Positions 1-8,904 of a stretch of DNA of 34,292 bases are shown one piece after another (positions within the stretch are counted from its first letter, which is position 1; each line of letters opens with the position of its first letter). Source of the stretch: Candidatus Poseidoniaceae archaeon (GTDB lineage: Archaea; Thermoplasmatota; Poseidoniia; Poseidoniales; Poseidoniaceae); NCBI GenBank assembly GCA_030741225.1, contig JASLVU010000002.1, positions 1 to 34,292 of the forward strand, in the 5' to 3' direction. The notes under the pieces are model-generated. The model worked only from the letters and a program-made list of their open reading frames with translations. It had not been told where the DNA came from and ran no database searches. Both the position numbers and the translations under genes were made by a program.

Positions 1-2214
1 CGCTGTGTTCTTCTTGGCGTAACTGGAAGTGGCAAAACCTTCGCTATGGCCCATGTCATACAGAAACTGAACATACCAACACTCATTATGAGCCACAACA
101 AAACTTTGGCGCGGCAACTCTACCAAGAGATGGCAGGGTATTTCCCCGAGAATGCAGTGGATTACTTTGTATCACACTATGACTATTATCAACCCGAAGC
201 ATATCTTGCAAAAAAAGACCTCTACATAGACAAAGAACTTTCGATTAACGAAAGGATTGAACAAGAGCGTTTTGCTGCAGTTGCTTCCCTCGTCACGCGT
301 CCTGATTGCGTCATTGTATCTTCGGTGTCGTGCATCTACGGATTAAATCCTCCAGAGACATTTCTTGAATACCATGTTCGCGTCCATGTAGGCCAAAATA
401 TCGAAACCAGTGATTTACTGAAAGAACTTGTCGTGCTCCAGTATAAGCGAACAACTCTGGACCTTTCGAGAGGCGAATGCAGATTGCGCGGCGAAGTTCT
501 CGATGTATGGATGCCAAGCAGAGACGATCCCCTTAGGATACAATTTGATTTCGATGGTGTCACCAAAATCCAAGTTTGTGATCCGGTTACTTGGGAAGTG
601 CTTGACACCCTAGATGAAGCATGGATTCATCCAAAGGAATTCTTCATGACCAGCCCTGAACGATACGAAGCCGCTTTACAGTCGATTGAGGATGAGCTTG
701 ATGACAGGATTGCCCACTATTCAAGTCTCGGACAAGAACTTGAACGGCATCGAATTGAACAACGTACTCGCTACGACCTCGAAATGATTCGAGAGATTGG
801 GCACTGCCAATCTATGGAAAACTATTCACTTCATTTCGACGGAAGAGAGAGAGGTCAGCGGCCATATTGTCTCTTGGATTTCTTTGCTGCATGCGCTAAG
901 CAATTTCACGGTAATCCAGATAAATTTCTCGTCATTATGGATGAGTCCCACGTAACTCTTCCTCAAGTTGGAGGCATGTATTACGGAGATAGATCACGAA
1001 AAGAAAGTCTCATCGAACATGGTTTCCGATTACCTACTGCTGCAGACAATCGACCGCTCAAAATACCTGAGTTCCAGAAATTGGTTCCTCAAATGGTGTA
1101 TGTTTCTGCAACACCTGGAGAGCGTGAACTTCGTCACCTTTGTGAAATAACAAATCAACCACTCCCAAACGGCCTCCTTCATGCGAAATCCGGAGGCGGT
1201 GCTGGACACGCAGACCGTGACAAAAAGCACCCTGAGAGTGAAAGTTTGTACCAGATGGTTCGGAACATCAAGGGCATCGCTAAGATGGAAATTCGTCCAA
1301 CCGGATTACTTGACCCCGAAATCGAAGTTCGGCCCACCAGTGGACAAGTTGCAGACCTTCTCTCAGAAATAAACATTCGAACACAACGAGGTGAGCGAAC
1401 GCTTGTAACTGTATTGACCATCAAATTCGCAGAAGAAGTATCGCAATATCTCAATGAAATGGGAGTCAAGGCGCATTACCTTCATTCAGAAATTGACACG
1501 ATAGAACGGACTGAAATCATCAATGCTTTGAGAATAGGCCACATCGATGTCATCGTCGGAATTAACCTGTTAAGAGAAGGCCTAGACATACCCGAAGTGA
1601 GTCTTGTTGCTATCTTTGATGCCGATCGTCAAGGGTTCCTACGTAACGAAAGAAGCCTCCTTCAAACCATTGGTCGGGCTGCAAGAAATGTCAATGGGCA
1701 TGTTTTGCTTTATGCTGATGGAATGTCGGCTGCAATGAAAGCCTCAATTCAGCAAACCATTGAACGTCGAGAACGGCAACAGGCTTCAAATGAAAAGCAT
1801 GGCGTAATTCCCAAAACCATTGAAAAAGCTCTTCCGAAGATGAATTCGGACATTGAAGATCTGATTGCAGGAACTTCAACCTCAAAAGACGGCACTCGCC
1901 GACTGATTGCCAAAAAAGGAGGGAGGCGAGAAGGGGATTGGGCTCAAAATCTCAACATTGGCGCTGGTGCATGGAGCATTGGGTCTGGACAGGATGGTTC
2001 AAGTGGATTTTTGTCTAAAAAATCAATTGGAAATTTAAAAACGCAATTGACATATGATGAGCCCGATGATGTGTTGAGTGACCTCGAGCCTTCTCAGATT
2101 CAAGATTTGTTGAATGAACTTCGTTCTGCAATGAAAGAGGCTGCCCAAAATCTCGACTTTGAAGAAGCTGCACGCTTGCGTGACAGAGTGTTTGAACTGG
2201 AACAACGACTGTGA
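1..2214 (+). CDS. uvrB: Excinuclease ABC subunit B (UvrB), N-terminus cut by the window edge
   Basis: Frame 1 is open from base 1. The codons before the tool's Met at 46 read RCVLLGVTGSGKTF (Walker A). Later motifs are DESH, SATPG, RPTGLLDP, QTIGRAARN and a C-terminal UVR motif (DFEEAARLRDRVFELEQ). Confidence 0.93.
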   Translation, partial: RCVLLGVTGSGKTFAMAHVIQKLNIPTLIMSHNKTLARQLYQEMAGYFPENAVDYFVSHYDYYQPEAYLAKKDLYIDKELSINERIEQERFAAVASLVTRPDCVIVSSVSCIYGLNPPETFLEYHVRVHVGQNIETSDLLKELVVLQYKRTTLDLSRGECRLRGEVLDVWMPSRDDPLRIQFDFDGVTKIQVCDPVTWEVLDTLDEAWIHPKEFFMTSPERYEAALQSIEDELDDRIAHYSSLGQELERHRIEQRTRYDLEMIREIGHCQSMENYSLHFDGRERGQRPYCLLDFFAACAKQFHGNPDKFLVIMDESHVTLPQVGGMYYGDRSRKESLIEHGFRLPTAADNRPLKIPEFQKLVPQMVYVSATPGERELRHLCEITNQPLPNGLLHAKSGGGAGHADRDKKHPESESLYQMVRNIKGIAKMEIRPTGLLDPEIEVRPTSGQVADLLSEINIRTQRGERTLVTVLTIKFAEEVSQYLNEMGVKAHYLHSEIDTIERTEIINALRIGHIDVIVGINLLREGLDIPEVSLVAIFDADRQGFLRNERSLLQTIGRAARNVNGHVLLYADGMSAAMKASIQQTIERRERQQASNEKHGVIPKTIEKALPKMNSDIEDLIAGTSTSKDGTRRLIAKKGGRREGDWAQNLNIGAGAWSIGSGQDGSSGFLSKKSIGNLKTQLTYDEPDDVLSDLEPSQIQDLLNELRSAMKEAAQNLDFEEAARLRDRVFELEQRL

Positions 2215-2281
2215 AAAACACACTTTGTGGGTGTGAAGAATATTCAAGCAAGTTCTTGAAGGACGATTCAATGGATGGTTT

Positions 2282-3295
2282 ATGGCGATACAACCTGAAG
2301 ACTTTGATGTCCCGGTGGTCGATTATGCATTCAATGAATCCGTAACACCTCGTGGTTTACTGGACCAAATGGCCAATGCAGGAGGATTTACCGCAACAAA
2401 ACTCGCAGTTGCTCGAGATATTTTACTCGACATGAAAAGTCAACTCGATGTCGTCAATGGCGACAGCAGCAAAGTATGCAATTGGCTCTCATTCCCTGCA
2501 TGCTTGTGCGCAACCGGAACCCGTGGTTTCTTCGTGGAGTCACTCAAGCGGAAAATGTTCAATGTGGTTTCGACAACCTGCGGCATGCTTGACCACGACA
2601 TTGCCCGGTCGCACAAGCACTACTATCACGGAGCGTTTGAACTGGATGACAGAGAACTTGGAGAACATTCCTTAATGCGTTTAGGTAACGTCATCGTTCC
2701 AAACTCTTCTTATGGAGAAATCATCGAAGAAGTATTGACTCCCGTTCTTGAGCAAATGTACCAAGATAGGCTCAAAGAAACCGGTAAAACTGGAGCGGAT
2801 GCATGGCTAGGATTTGGTTCGATACATCTCGTATGGGAACTCGGAAAACGCATTGGAACGCCAGATTCTTTGATTTACTGGGCTTACAAACACAAAATTC
2901 CAGTCGTCATCCCAGGAATTACTGACGGTTCAATTGGTGCCCAATTGTTTATGCTGCGTCAAAAGCACCGTGATTTTCACATCGATACCCTCGCTGACGA
3001 ACAGGTGATGAGCGACTTGACATGGGATGTCGATGTTTCGAATGCACTCATGGTCGGTGGTGGAATCTCAAAGCACCATGTTATTTGGTGGAATCAATAC
3101 AGAGGCGGACTGGATGCTGCAGTTTACATCACTACCGCACCTGAACACGACGGCAGTCTTTCTGGTGCACGGCTTCGTGAAGCGATTTCATGGGGAAAAA
3201 TGCGCCCAGAGGCCCCGAACGTTTGTGTTGAAGGTGATGCAAGCGTCTTGCTGCCCCTGTTAGGTGCAGATTTGTTCTCAAGGAGTGATGAATAA
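2282..3295 (+). CDS. dys: Deoxyhypusine synthase
   Basis: 337 aa with DHS-typical segments: STTCGMLDHD, PGITDGSIG and MVGGGISKHHVIWWN (NAD site). The length is typical of archaeal DHS. Confidence 0.9.
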   Translation: MAIQPEDFDVPVVDYAFNESVTPRGLLDQMANAGGFTATKLAVARDILLDMKSQLDVVNGDSSKVCNWLSFPACLCATGTRGFFVESLKRKMFNVVSTTCGMLDHDIARSHKHYYHGAFELDDRELGEHSLMRLGNVIVPNSSYGEIIEEVLTPVLEQMYQDRLKETGKTGADAWLGFGSIHLVWELGKRIGTPDSLIYWAYKHKIPVVIPGITDGSIGAQLFMLRQKHRDFHIDTLADEQVMSDLTWDVDVSNALMVGGGISKHHVIWWNQYRGGLDAAVYITTAPEHDGSLSGARLREAISWGKMRPEAPNVCVEGDASVLLPLLGADLFSRSDE

Positions 3296-4734
3296 TGAGC
3301 GTAAAACCACTCGCATTTTTTCTCGCTTCTTTGGTTGTCTTGATGCCGCTTGCAGGATGTTTTGGAACCGAGTCTGACGATACAAACCTTGAGGAAATAA
3401 ACGGTGTTTTTGATTTTGAAAAGGAACCAACTACATGGTATCATTATCCTGGCGGCGCTAATGCTGAGAACAATACTTCTGGACTAACCGGTAACAATAT
3501 CCCCTATTACAGCAAAGGCACCTACTACAGCACTGGTTTCTCAACCTTCGAGCCAACGATGGGGATCACTTCAACTGACAATATTTACTTCACAAGTTAC
3601 GGTAACGGCCCCGCAGGCTCAACTGCCATTGTGCAGTGCAGCAACATGATTGAAATGAAGAGTTTAGACGATTTCACTTGTCAAAATGTTTACGGACCTG
3701 TGCTCCCAGTTGCAAATTCAAACGATCCTTATGTTTATGTCGACCCGTGGACCGACCGAATCATGAAATTTGACATGCATGCCTTGTTGGGAATGACGGT
3801 CGAATGGAGCGATGATGAAGGCGATTCTTGGTTTGGACCATCCGTAGCTACATCTTATTCGGTTCAAGACCATCAAACAATTGCTTCTTCACCCTATGGC
3901 GGCATTTTGCATGAGACTCTGTGGGTGTTTTGTATCAATGGAAACTATCCTTCACCGTTGTGCTCTCAAAGCCAAGATGGGGGCCTTACTTGGGGGCCAG
4001 AATTGCCCGGTGCTCCAGTTGACTGTCAAAGCGGTGGTTTATCTGCACACATTATCGGGGCTGAAAACGGTAATTTCTATCGTGGGCAAAAAGGCTGTGA
4101 TGGTCAAGGATATTCAATGTACAAGACTGAAGACGGAGCAATAACATGGACTGAACACGTTCTTCCTACGGAAGATTCCGGCACTGCTGATACATGGAAT
4201 GCCGAAGAGGCACAAGTAGATACAGACAGTGAAAGCAATGTATACGCCATGTGGATGGGTATTGATAACATGCCTTACTTCTCGTATTCAGTTGATGATG
4301 CCAACACGTGGTCAGACGCAATTATGATTGGACCAAGTCATTTGGATGGCACCGGGTTTCCAGTCGTTATCGCTGGAGACCCCGGACGAGTCGCTTTCGG
4401 GTACATCGGTACTGAAGGTGACGGAGTTTGGCACGGCTATATCTCTGTAATCACCGATGCATTCAACGAAAATCCACTTATTACGACTGTTCAATTGAAC
4501 AATCCTGACGATCCTCTTGATAATGCAAGCCCTACTTGTGGCTACGAGCGATGTGGCGGCTTTGGAGATTTTATTGACATGCAGATTGATGCATTTGGCC
4601 GCCCTTGGCTCTCTCTCTCACACAATCCCAACGGCGACACTGGAATTATGGGTACATTCACGCACGGTCCAACACTTGTTGGGAATCTAACCGCATTATC
4701 TGTTCTGCCCGAAGGTGGAGTCCAAACTTTGTGA
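3295..4734 (+). CDS. Secreted lipoprotein with BNR/Asp-box (sialidase-like beta-propeller) repeats
   Basis: The signal peptide ends in a lipobox-like LAGC (MSVKPLAFFLASLVVLMPLAGC). Four Asp-box-like motifs are present: SDDEGDSWF, SQDGGLTWG, TEDGAITWT and SVDDANTWS. AAGGAG lies 9 nt upstream of the ATG, and the start overlaps the dys stop codon by 1 nt (TAATG). Confidence 0.7.
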   Translation: MSVKPLAFFLASLVVLMPLAGCFGTESDDTNLEEINGVFDFEKEPTTWYHYPGGANAENNTSGLTGNNIPYYSKGTYYSTGFSTFEPTMGITSTDNIYFTSYGNGPAGSTAIVQCSNMIEMKSLDDFTCQNVYGPVLPVANSNDPYVYVDPWTDRIMKFDMHALLGMTVEWSDDEGDSWFGPSVATSYSVQDHQTIASSPYGGILHETLWVFCINGNYPSPLCSQSQDGGLTWGPELPGAPVDCQSGGLSAHIIGAENGNFYRGQKGCDGQGYSMYKTEDGAITWTEHVLPTEDSGTADTWNAEEAQVDTDSESNVYAMWMGIDNMPYFSYSVDDANTWSDAIMIGPSHLDGTGFPVVIAGDPGRVAFGYIGTEGDGVWHGYISVITDAFNENPLITTVQLNNPDDPLDNASPTCGYERCGGFGDFIDMQIDAFGRPWLSLSHNPNGDTGIMGTFTHGPTLVGNLTALSVLPEGGVQTL

Positions 4735-4738
4735 GAGT

Positions 4739-5602
4739 TTATTCCTTGAGATAACCTGCTAAAGTATGCATTAAAGCCGTACGTATTGGAACCAAAGGAC
4801 GCCAGCCGTCTCCATCGATGCTGTGCAGCACATCATGTATTGGCGATAAATCAGGTCGTTGGCGGGAATTGTCTTCAACGCCCATAGGAAGATTCGGATT
4901 TACGACCAATGTCTTCACTTCAAAGTTCGGCGAAGGAGAGGCAGTGAGATGTTCAATAGAGAAATCACCGGTTTGGCCAGCTTTCGTACGCTGATACAAC
5001 AGCACGAGTTCTTCAATTGATTGTTCTTGACCCCAAGCCCGACGACCAGACATTTTTACTCTGGCAGGGAAAGGCAGTTCGCTCAAGAGAATTCGAACAA
5101 GAGCATCGGCCACATCAATATCACTCACCCACCAATGTTGTTGATCGTCAACCATACACGGTTGTTCGTCCATTTGTAGTGTATTCATCCATGTCGAAAT
5201 AGTTTGATTCTGCCATGTGCGGTCAAAGGAACGCGGTAACATATCATATACTTCCACAATGGAATCCATTGAATGTGCATCGAACTCTGGTACCAATCCG
5301 CCAGGAACAACTAGAATTATTTCCAATTCGTCAATATCAAAACCTGATTGTTCATCCGAAGTATCCCCAAACGGCCCCAAACCGATGAGCATTAATCGAT
5401 GGCCAGGGCATAACGGTATGTCATTGGAACTGTAAAACTCGCATTCACTGTATTCGAGCTCTGTAGAATGCTGTTGAAGGAGAATTGAATGTATGTCATC
5501 CGGAACGATAACATTGACACGTGAACGAAGGAATCGTTCAACGATAGCGACACCAAGTGAAGAGTCGGAACCTCTCAAATGGACCGTTGGAGCCTTACGC
5601 AT
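4739..5602 (-). CDS. Hypothetical protein, degenerate NAD(P)-binding epimerase/dehydratase-like (Rossmann) fold
   Basis: The ORF is open to 5683, but that codon is TTG with no RBS. The ATG at 5602 gives MRKAPTVHLRGSDSSLGVAIVERF, which is a Rossmann-type beta1-loop-alphaA position. WVSDIDVADALVRIL and the C-terminal ...ALMHTLAGYLKE resemble extended-SDR proteins. The glycine motif is degenerate (GSDSSLG). The start is uncertain (5602 versus 5683). Confidence 0.55.
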   Translation of the reverse strand: MRKAPTVHLRGSDSSLGVAIVERFLRSRVNVIVPDDIHSILLQQHSTELEYSECEFYSSNDIPLCPGHRLMLIGLGPFGDTSDEQSGFDIDELEIILVVPGGLVPEFDAHSMDSIVEVYDMLPRSFDRTWQNQTISTWMNTLQMDEQPCMVDDQQHWWVSDIDVADALVRILLSELPFPARVKMSGRRAWGQEQSIEELVLLYQRTKAGQTGDFSIEHLTASPSPNFEVKTLVVNPNLPMGVEDNSRQRPDLSPIHDVLHSIDGDGWRPLVPIRTALMHTLAGYLKE

Positions 5603-5727
5603 AAATTCCCTAAATGCGGGTTCTACATCAAGATATTCATCCAGAGCGGCACTTCGAAGAACCTCATCTCGTCTAAAAATCAAATTTTCAATTGGATTAT
5701 TTACAAAATGGGTGTTTTCGGGAGATT

Positions 5728-5768
5728 GACAATTCGTCAGAATTAAGCAAAATTAGATCCGAATTGTC
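5728..5768. repeat. 9-bp inverted repeat GACAATTCG (5728-5736) / CGAATTGTC (5760-5768), 23-nt spacer
   Basis: Read directly from the sequence. The arms are exact reverse complements. Confidence 0.8.
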
Positions 5769-5897
5769 CCGTTTATATTTTGCGAATAACATCAATATCG
5801 TATTGAAAAACCCTTTTGACAAAGTTAGCACGATTAAAATTCTATAGATAAAGGGACAAAAAATGTCGTCGGCTAAATTTAATTCATATTAGTAAAA

Positions 5898-5969
5898 TAA
5901 ATTATACGACATTATTAAAATTGAAAAAAAATGGGTTTTCCAATTGGAATGGCGTTAAATTATACGACA
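5898..5969 (+). repeat. Exact 14-nt direct repeat TAAATTATACGACA (5898-5911 and 5956-5969) flanking the palindrome TTCCAATTGGAA (5938-5949)
   Basis: Read directly from the sequence. Each copy contains a TATA-like AAATTATA. The 12-nt palindrome lies between the copies. Confidence 0.85.
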
Positions 5970-6068
5970 AATGCAATTGGATTTTGCATATATTTATCCA
6001 AAGAGTATAAGACCTTTCAAGTGAAGCAGGGGGTAAGCCGGGACAAACTGGCAAAGGAGATGGGAAAA

Positions 6069-6656
6069 ATGCCGAATGACAAATATGACATCCAGGAGCT
6101 ACTCCAAAGAGATGTTTATGTAAACGATAAGAAAGTAGGAAAGATAGTTGGTGAGCGTCACCATCCGAACGAAGCGCGTGTGCGATCTATGCGATTGCAG
6201 GTGGAGTCGGATGTTGCTGATGAATTCATGCGGAAGCCCGCAGAACTCGCACCACTGCCAAAAGAACTGGTTCACAGTATACGAAACGATGGAACAGTTA
6301 AACTTTCGAAATCTATGAGAGAATTGCAACGCAGATGGAGAAACACCGTTCGTATTGACGAGAAATTATACGCACCAGATGAAATGCTTGATCGAGCTGT
6401 ATTGGATAACCAAGGAGATGAAATTGGAGTTATTACTGATTTGTTCAAAGTGAAGCGAACCTACAAAGGCGTTATTGTTCAAGTCCGGATTGGAATACAA
6501 AAGCAGTATGGGGTGGATGCTCAAATCCGAATCCCAATAAATGCCTTTTCGAGAACCCGAGAACGACTTGATGAAGTTGTACTTTCGCGAACCTTCGACA
6601 AAGTGCTTTCACTTCCATCGTATGTCTCAATCAATGAGATGGGCGAAGAAGAGTAA
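6069..6656 (+). CDS. Hypothetical protein with two PRC-barrel-like segments
   Basis: The ORF is open from 5931, but its first 45 or so codons lie in the AT-rich repeat region. GGAG (6056-6059) sits 9 nt upstream of the ATG at 6069. The segments RDVYVNDKKVGKIVGE and RAVLDNQGDEIGVITDLF resemble PRC-barrel strands. The product call is tentative. Confidence 0.55.
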   Translation: MPNDKYDIQELLQRDVYVNDKKVGKIVGERHHPNEARVRSMRLQVESDVADEFMRKPAELAPLPKELVHSIRNDGTVKLSKSMRELQRRWRNTVRIDEKLYAPDEMLDRAVLDNQGDEIGVITDLFKVKRTYKGVIVQVRIGIQKQYGVDAQIRIPINAFSRTRERLDEVVLSRTFDKVLSLPSYVSINEMGEEE

Positions 6657-6727
6657 ATCGAGTTAGAAACAATTTGACACCAGCCGTCACTCTTATGACG
6701 GGGAGGCAAGTCGGCCGAACTACAGTT

Positions 6728-6801
6728 GCGCGGGTAGCTTAGTCGGCTGGAGCACCCGGCTGATAACCGGGAGGTCGCAGGTTCAAGTCCTGCCTCGCGC
6801 A
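6728..6801 (+). tRNA. tRNA-Ile (anticodon GAU)
   Basis: I folded the cloverleaf by hand. The acceptor is GCGCGGG/CTCGCGC (one G-U), the D stem GCTT/GAGC, the anticodon stem CCCGG/CCGGG with loop CTGATAA, the variable loop AGGTC, and the T arm GCAGG-TTCAAGT-CCTGC. The discriminator is A and no CCA is encoded. Confidence 0.92.
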
Positions 6802-6892
6802 CTCTTCTTCATTTGAATCGCTGAGTTTCACGGTTCAATCCACTCGCAAAGAACATGAAGGGTCACTTCTTCGCTTCGAATAAGGGAATCTC

Positions 6893-7840
6893 ATGGTCGT
6901 GCTATCTGGCAGTAATTCACGCTTGTTGGCGGAACAACTCGCTGATTCACTCGGATGGGAACATCACCAACTTGAAACACGCCGTTTTCCTGATTCTGAA
7001 GGATATATTCGAATCCCGACTGAAACGATCGAAGCAGTTCGAAACGAACCAGTTGTTCTTGTTTCAAACACATTCCCTGATTCGGGAATTGTCGAAACAT
7101 TGTTGATGCTTGAAGCAGTTAATGATGTGCGAAAAGGAAGAATGGAAAACTTAAGGGAAATTGGGCCTCAAAAGATGGAAGATGTTGGTGAAGGAATTCT
7201 GCTGGCAGTACCGTATTTCGGTTATTCACGTCAAGACAAGCGTTTCAAACCCGGTGAGGCCATTTCTGCTCGTGCAATTGGACACCTGCTTGCCTCAAGA
7301 TGCGACGGCATTATCGTGTTTGATCTACACGCTCCTTCGGTGTTGAAAGAGTTACCAGTCCCCGTAGCATTCACTTCTGCGATGCCGGAACTTGCTCGAC
7401 ACCTACAAGAAGTAGTCCAACCCGATTTCATTCTCTCTCCGGATAAAGGCGCTATTGAGCGTGCATCACAAGTCGCTCAGGAAATTAACTGTGAATTTTC
7501 GTATTTAGAAAAAACACGTATCGACGCTCACACTATCGTTCACAAGGCAAAAAACCTCGATGTCGATGGAAAAACAGTTGCTATCGTTGATGACATGATT
7601 GCTACTGGGGGAACTATCTGCCGCGCTGCGGAAGCACTTCGCAACCAAGGTGCAGTGGCGGTGCATGCCGCTTGTTCTCACGGCCTTTTTACTGGAGGAG
7701 CTATCGCTCGATTGATTCGATATGTCGACGGCGTACATGCGACAGGTTCGCTTTCGAATCCTCGAGATGTGATTTCCGGCGGACCAGCACTTGCCCGAGG
7801 CGTTGTTGAATTGTTCGAAAAACTGAACTGGAAAATATAG
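6893..7840 (+). CDS. prs: Ribose-phosphate pyrophosphokinase (PRPP synthase)
   Basis: MVVLSGSNSRLLAEQLA at the N-terminus, YFGYSRQDKRF, and the PRPP-binding loop VAIVDDMIATGGTI. Confidence 0.9.
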   Translation: MVVLSGSNSRLLAEQLADSLGWEHHQLETRRFPDSEGYIRIPTETIEAVRNEPVVLVSNTFPDSGIVETLLMLEAVNDVRKGRMENLREIGPQKMEDVGEGILLAVPYFGYSRQDKRFKPGEAISARAIGHLLASRCDGIIVFDLHAPSVLKELPVPVAFTSAMPELARHLQEVVQPDFILSPDKGAIERASQVAQEINCEFSYLEKTRIDAHTIVHKAKNLDVDGKTVAIVDDMIATGGTICRAAEALRNQGAVAVHAACSHGLFTGGAIARLIRYVDGVHATGSLSNPRDVISGGPALARGVVELFEKLNWKI

Positions 7841-7925
7841 TACTCAGTACACCTTTTATGTGACATAATTGTCCAAGTTTCTCCTGTTCTTTGGGAAATC
7901 GCTGCTGTGTTTTCGTTCCGTTGCG

Positions 7926-7933
7926 TTTATATT
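7926..7933 (+). promoter_or_regulatory. TATA-box-like element upstream of rpl7ae
   Basis: TTTATATT lies about 42-49 nt upstream of the GTG start at 7975. GAGGA (7966-7970) lies between them as a possible SD. Confidence 0.4.
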
Positions 7934-7974
7934 CGCGGGGCTGTGCGGTGGAACGCCCATAACATGAGGACAGA

Positions 7975-8355
7975 GTGATTCCAGTGACTGTACACGTGCA
8001 ATTTGAAACCCCTGAAGACGTAATGAACCAAATCTACGATATGCTACAAGCCAATTCAAACGGCCGTATCAAAAAAGGTAGCAATGAAGTGACAAAAACC
8101 GCAGAACGTGGTACTGCTCAATTCATTATCCTCGCAGAAGATGTCAATCCTCCTGAACTCCTTGCACACATTCCTTTGATTTGTGCTGAAAAGGGAATCC
8201 CATTCGGATATGTTGCTGATCAAGAACATTTGGCACAAGCCGCTGGTCTACCTGCAGGTGTCAAGGCAGCATCAATTGCTGTAATGGAGATCACCAAAGG
8301 CGCTCAAGAAGATTTCAATAATGTTGTCAAAGCAATTGAAGGCCTCAAGGCATGA
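7975..8355 (+). CDS. rpl7ae: 50S ribosomal protein L7Ae (K-turn binding)
   Basis: [48 protein letters not shown] is the canonical L7Ae core. The start is GTG at 7975 (alternative GTG at 7984). Confidence 0.92.
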   Translation: MIPVTVHVQFETPEDVMNQIYDMLQANSNGRIKKGSNEVTKTAERGTAQFIILAEDVNPPELLAHIPLICAEKGIPFGYVADQEHLAQAAGLPAGVKAASIAVMEITKGAQEDFNNVVKAIEGLKA

Positions 8356-8378
8356 AACAAAATTCGGAGAGGATGAAA

Positions 8379-8603
8379 ATGAGCGAAGAACTCGGTGGAT
8401 GGCCAGCAGAAGTCGTCGAAATTGTCGGACGTACTGGTATGACCGGCGAAGCAACTCAAGTGAAAGTTCGTGTCAACGATGCACCGAATCCACGTGACGT
8501 AGGGCGCATCATTTCTCGAAATGTTCTCGGCCCAATTCGTGTTGGAGATATTTTGATGCTCAAGGATACTGGCCGAGAAGCCAGAAAATTAAACGCACGG
8601 TGA
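8379..8603 (+). CDS. rps28e: 30S ribosomal protein S28e
   Basis: [23 protein letters not shown]...[20 protein letters not shown]. The ORF is open from 8352, but GGAGAGG precedes the ATG at 8379, which gives the typical length of about 74 aa. Confidence 0.9.
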   Translation: MSEELGGWPAEVVEIVGRTGMTGEATQVKVRVNDAPNPRDVGRIISRNVLGPIRVGDILMLKDTGREARKLNAR

Positions 8604-8609
8604 TGAACA

Positions 8610-8798
8610 ATGCCTGAACGACGTATATGCAACTTTTCTGGAGAAGAAATCGAACCTGGTACGGGCATGATGTTCGTTCGAAGGGATGGAAGTGTCCTTT
8701 GGTTCAAAAATTCAAAGGCTCGCAAGAATATGGTGAAACTCAAGCGTAATTCTCGACGTGTGAAATGGACTCGTCATTATGTGAAAGGCGGAATTTGA
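8610..8798 (+). CDS. rpl24e: 50S ribosomal protein L24e
   Basis: 62 aa: RICNFSGEEIEPGTGMMFVRRDGSVLWFKNSKARKN. Confidence 0.92.
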   Translation: MPERRICNFSGEEIEPGTGMMFVRRDGSVLWFKNSKARKNMVKLKRNSRRVKWTRHYVKGGI

Positions 8799-8904
8799 TT
8801 TCCAAATTTCGATGACTCGCTGATTTGTTTGTTGCAGTGTACTGCTGTTGCTTATTGCGTATGCCTCATAAAGGGGCGTCAAGTGGGCTGAAACGGTGAA
8901 CAAC

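Larger units (their letters stand above)
5684..6068. other. Longest non-coding stretch in the window: AT-rich divergent intergenic region with repeats
   Basis: No convincing ORF is present. The content is very AT-rich and includes a 14-nt exact direct repeat, three CAATTGGA motifs, a 9-bp inverted repeat and TATA-like tracts (GTTTATATTTTG at about 5771, GCATATATTTATCC at about 5986). Confidence 0.7.

Noticed and set aside
1153-1287. The insertions in UvrB (and in aIF5B at about 10560-10720) as possible mini-inteins or mobile insertions.
   Set aside because: At about 40-45 aa they are far too short for an intein. There is no Cys/Ser/Thr at an N-extein junction followed by a terminal HN plus nucleophile, and the flanking host motifs are intact. 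They look like ordinary lineage-specific loops.
5931-6068. The N-terminal 46 codons of the 241-aa ORF (MGFPIGMALNYTTNAIGFCIYLSKEY...).
   Set aside because: They lie in the AT-rich repeat region and overlap the 14-nt direct repeat and two CAATTGGA motifs. They have no RBS. A good GGAG with 9-nt spacing precedes the internal ATG at 6069. I treat them as non-coding, although an annotation pipeline might keep the long form.
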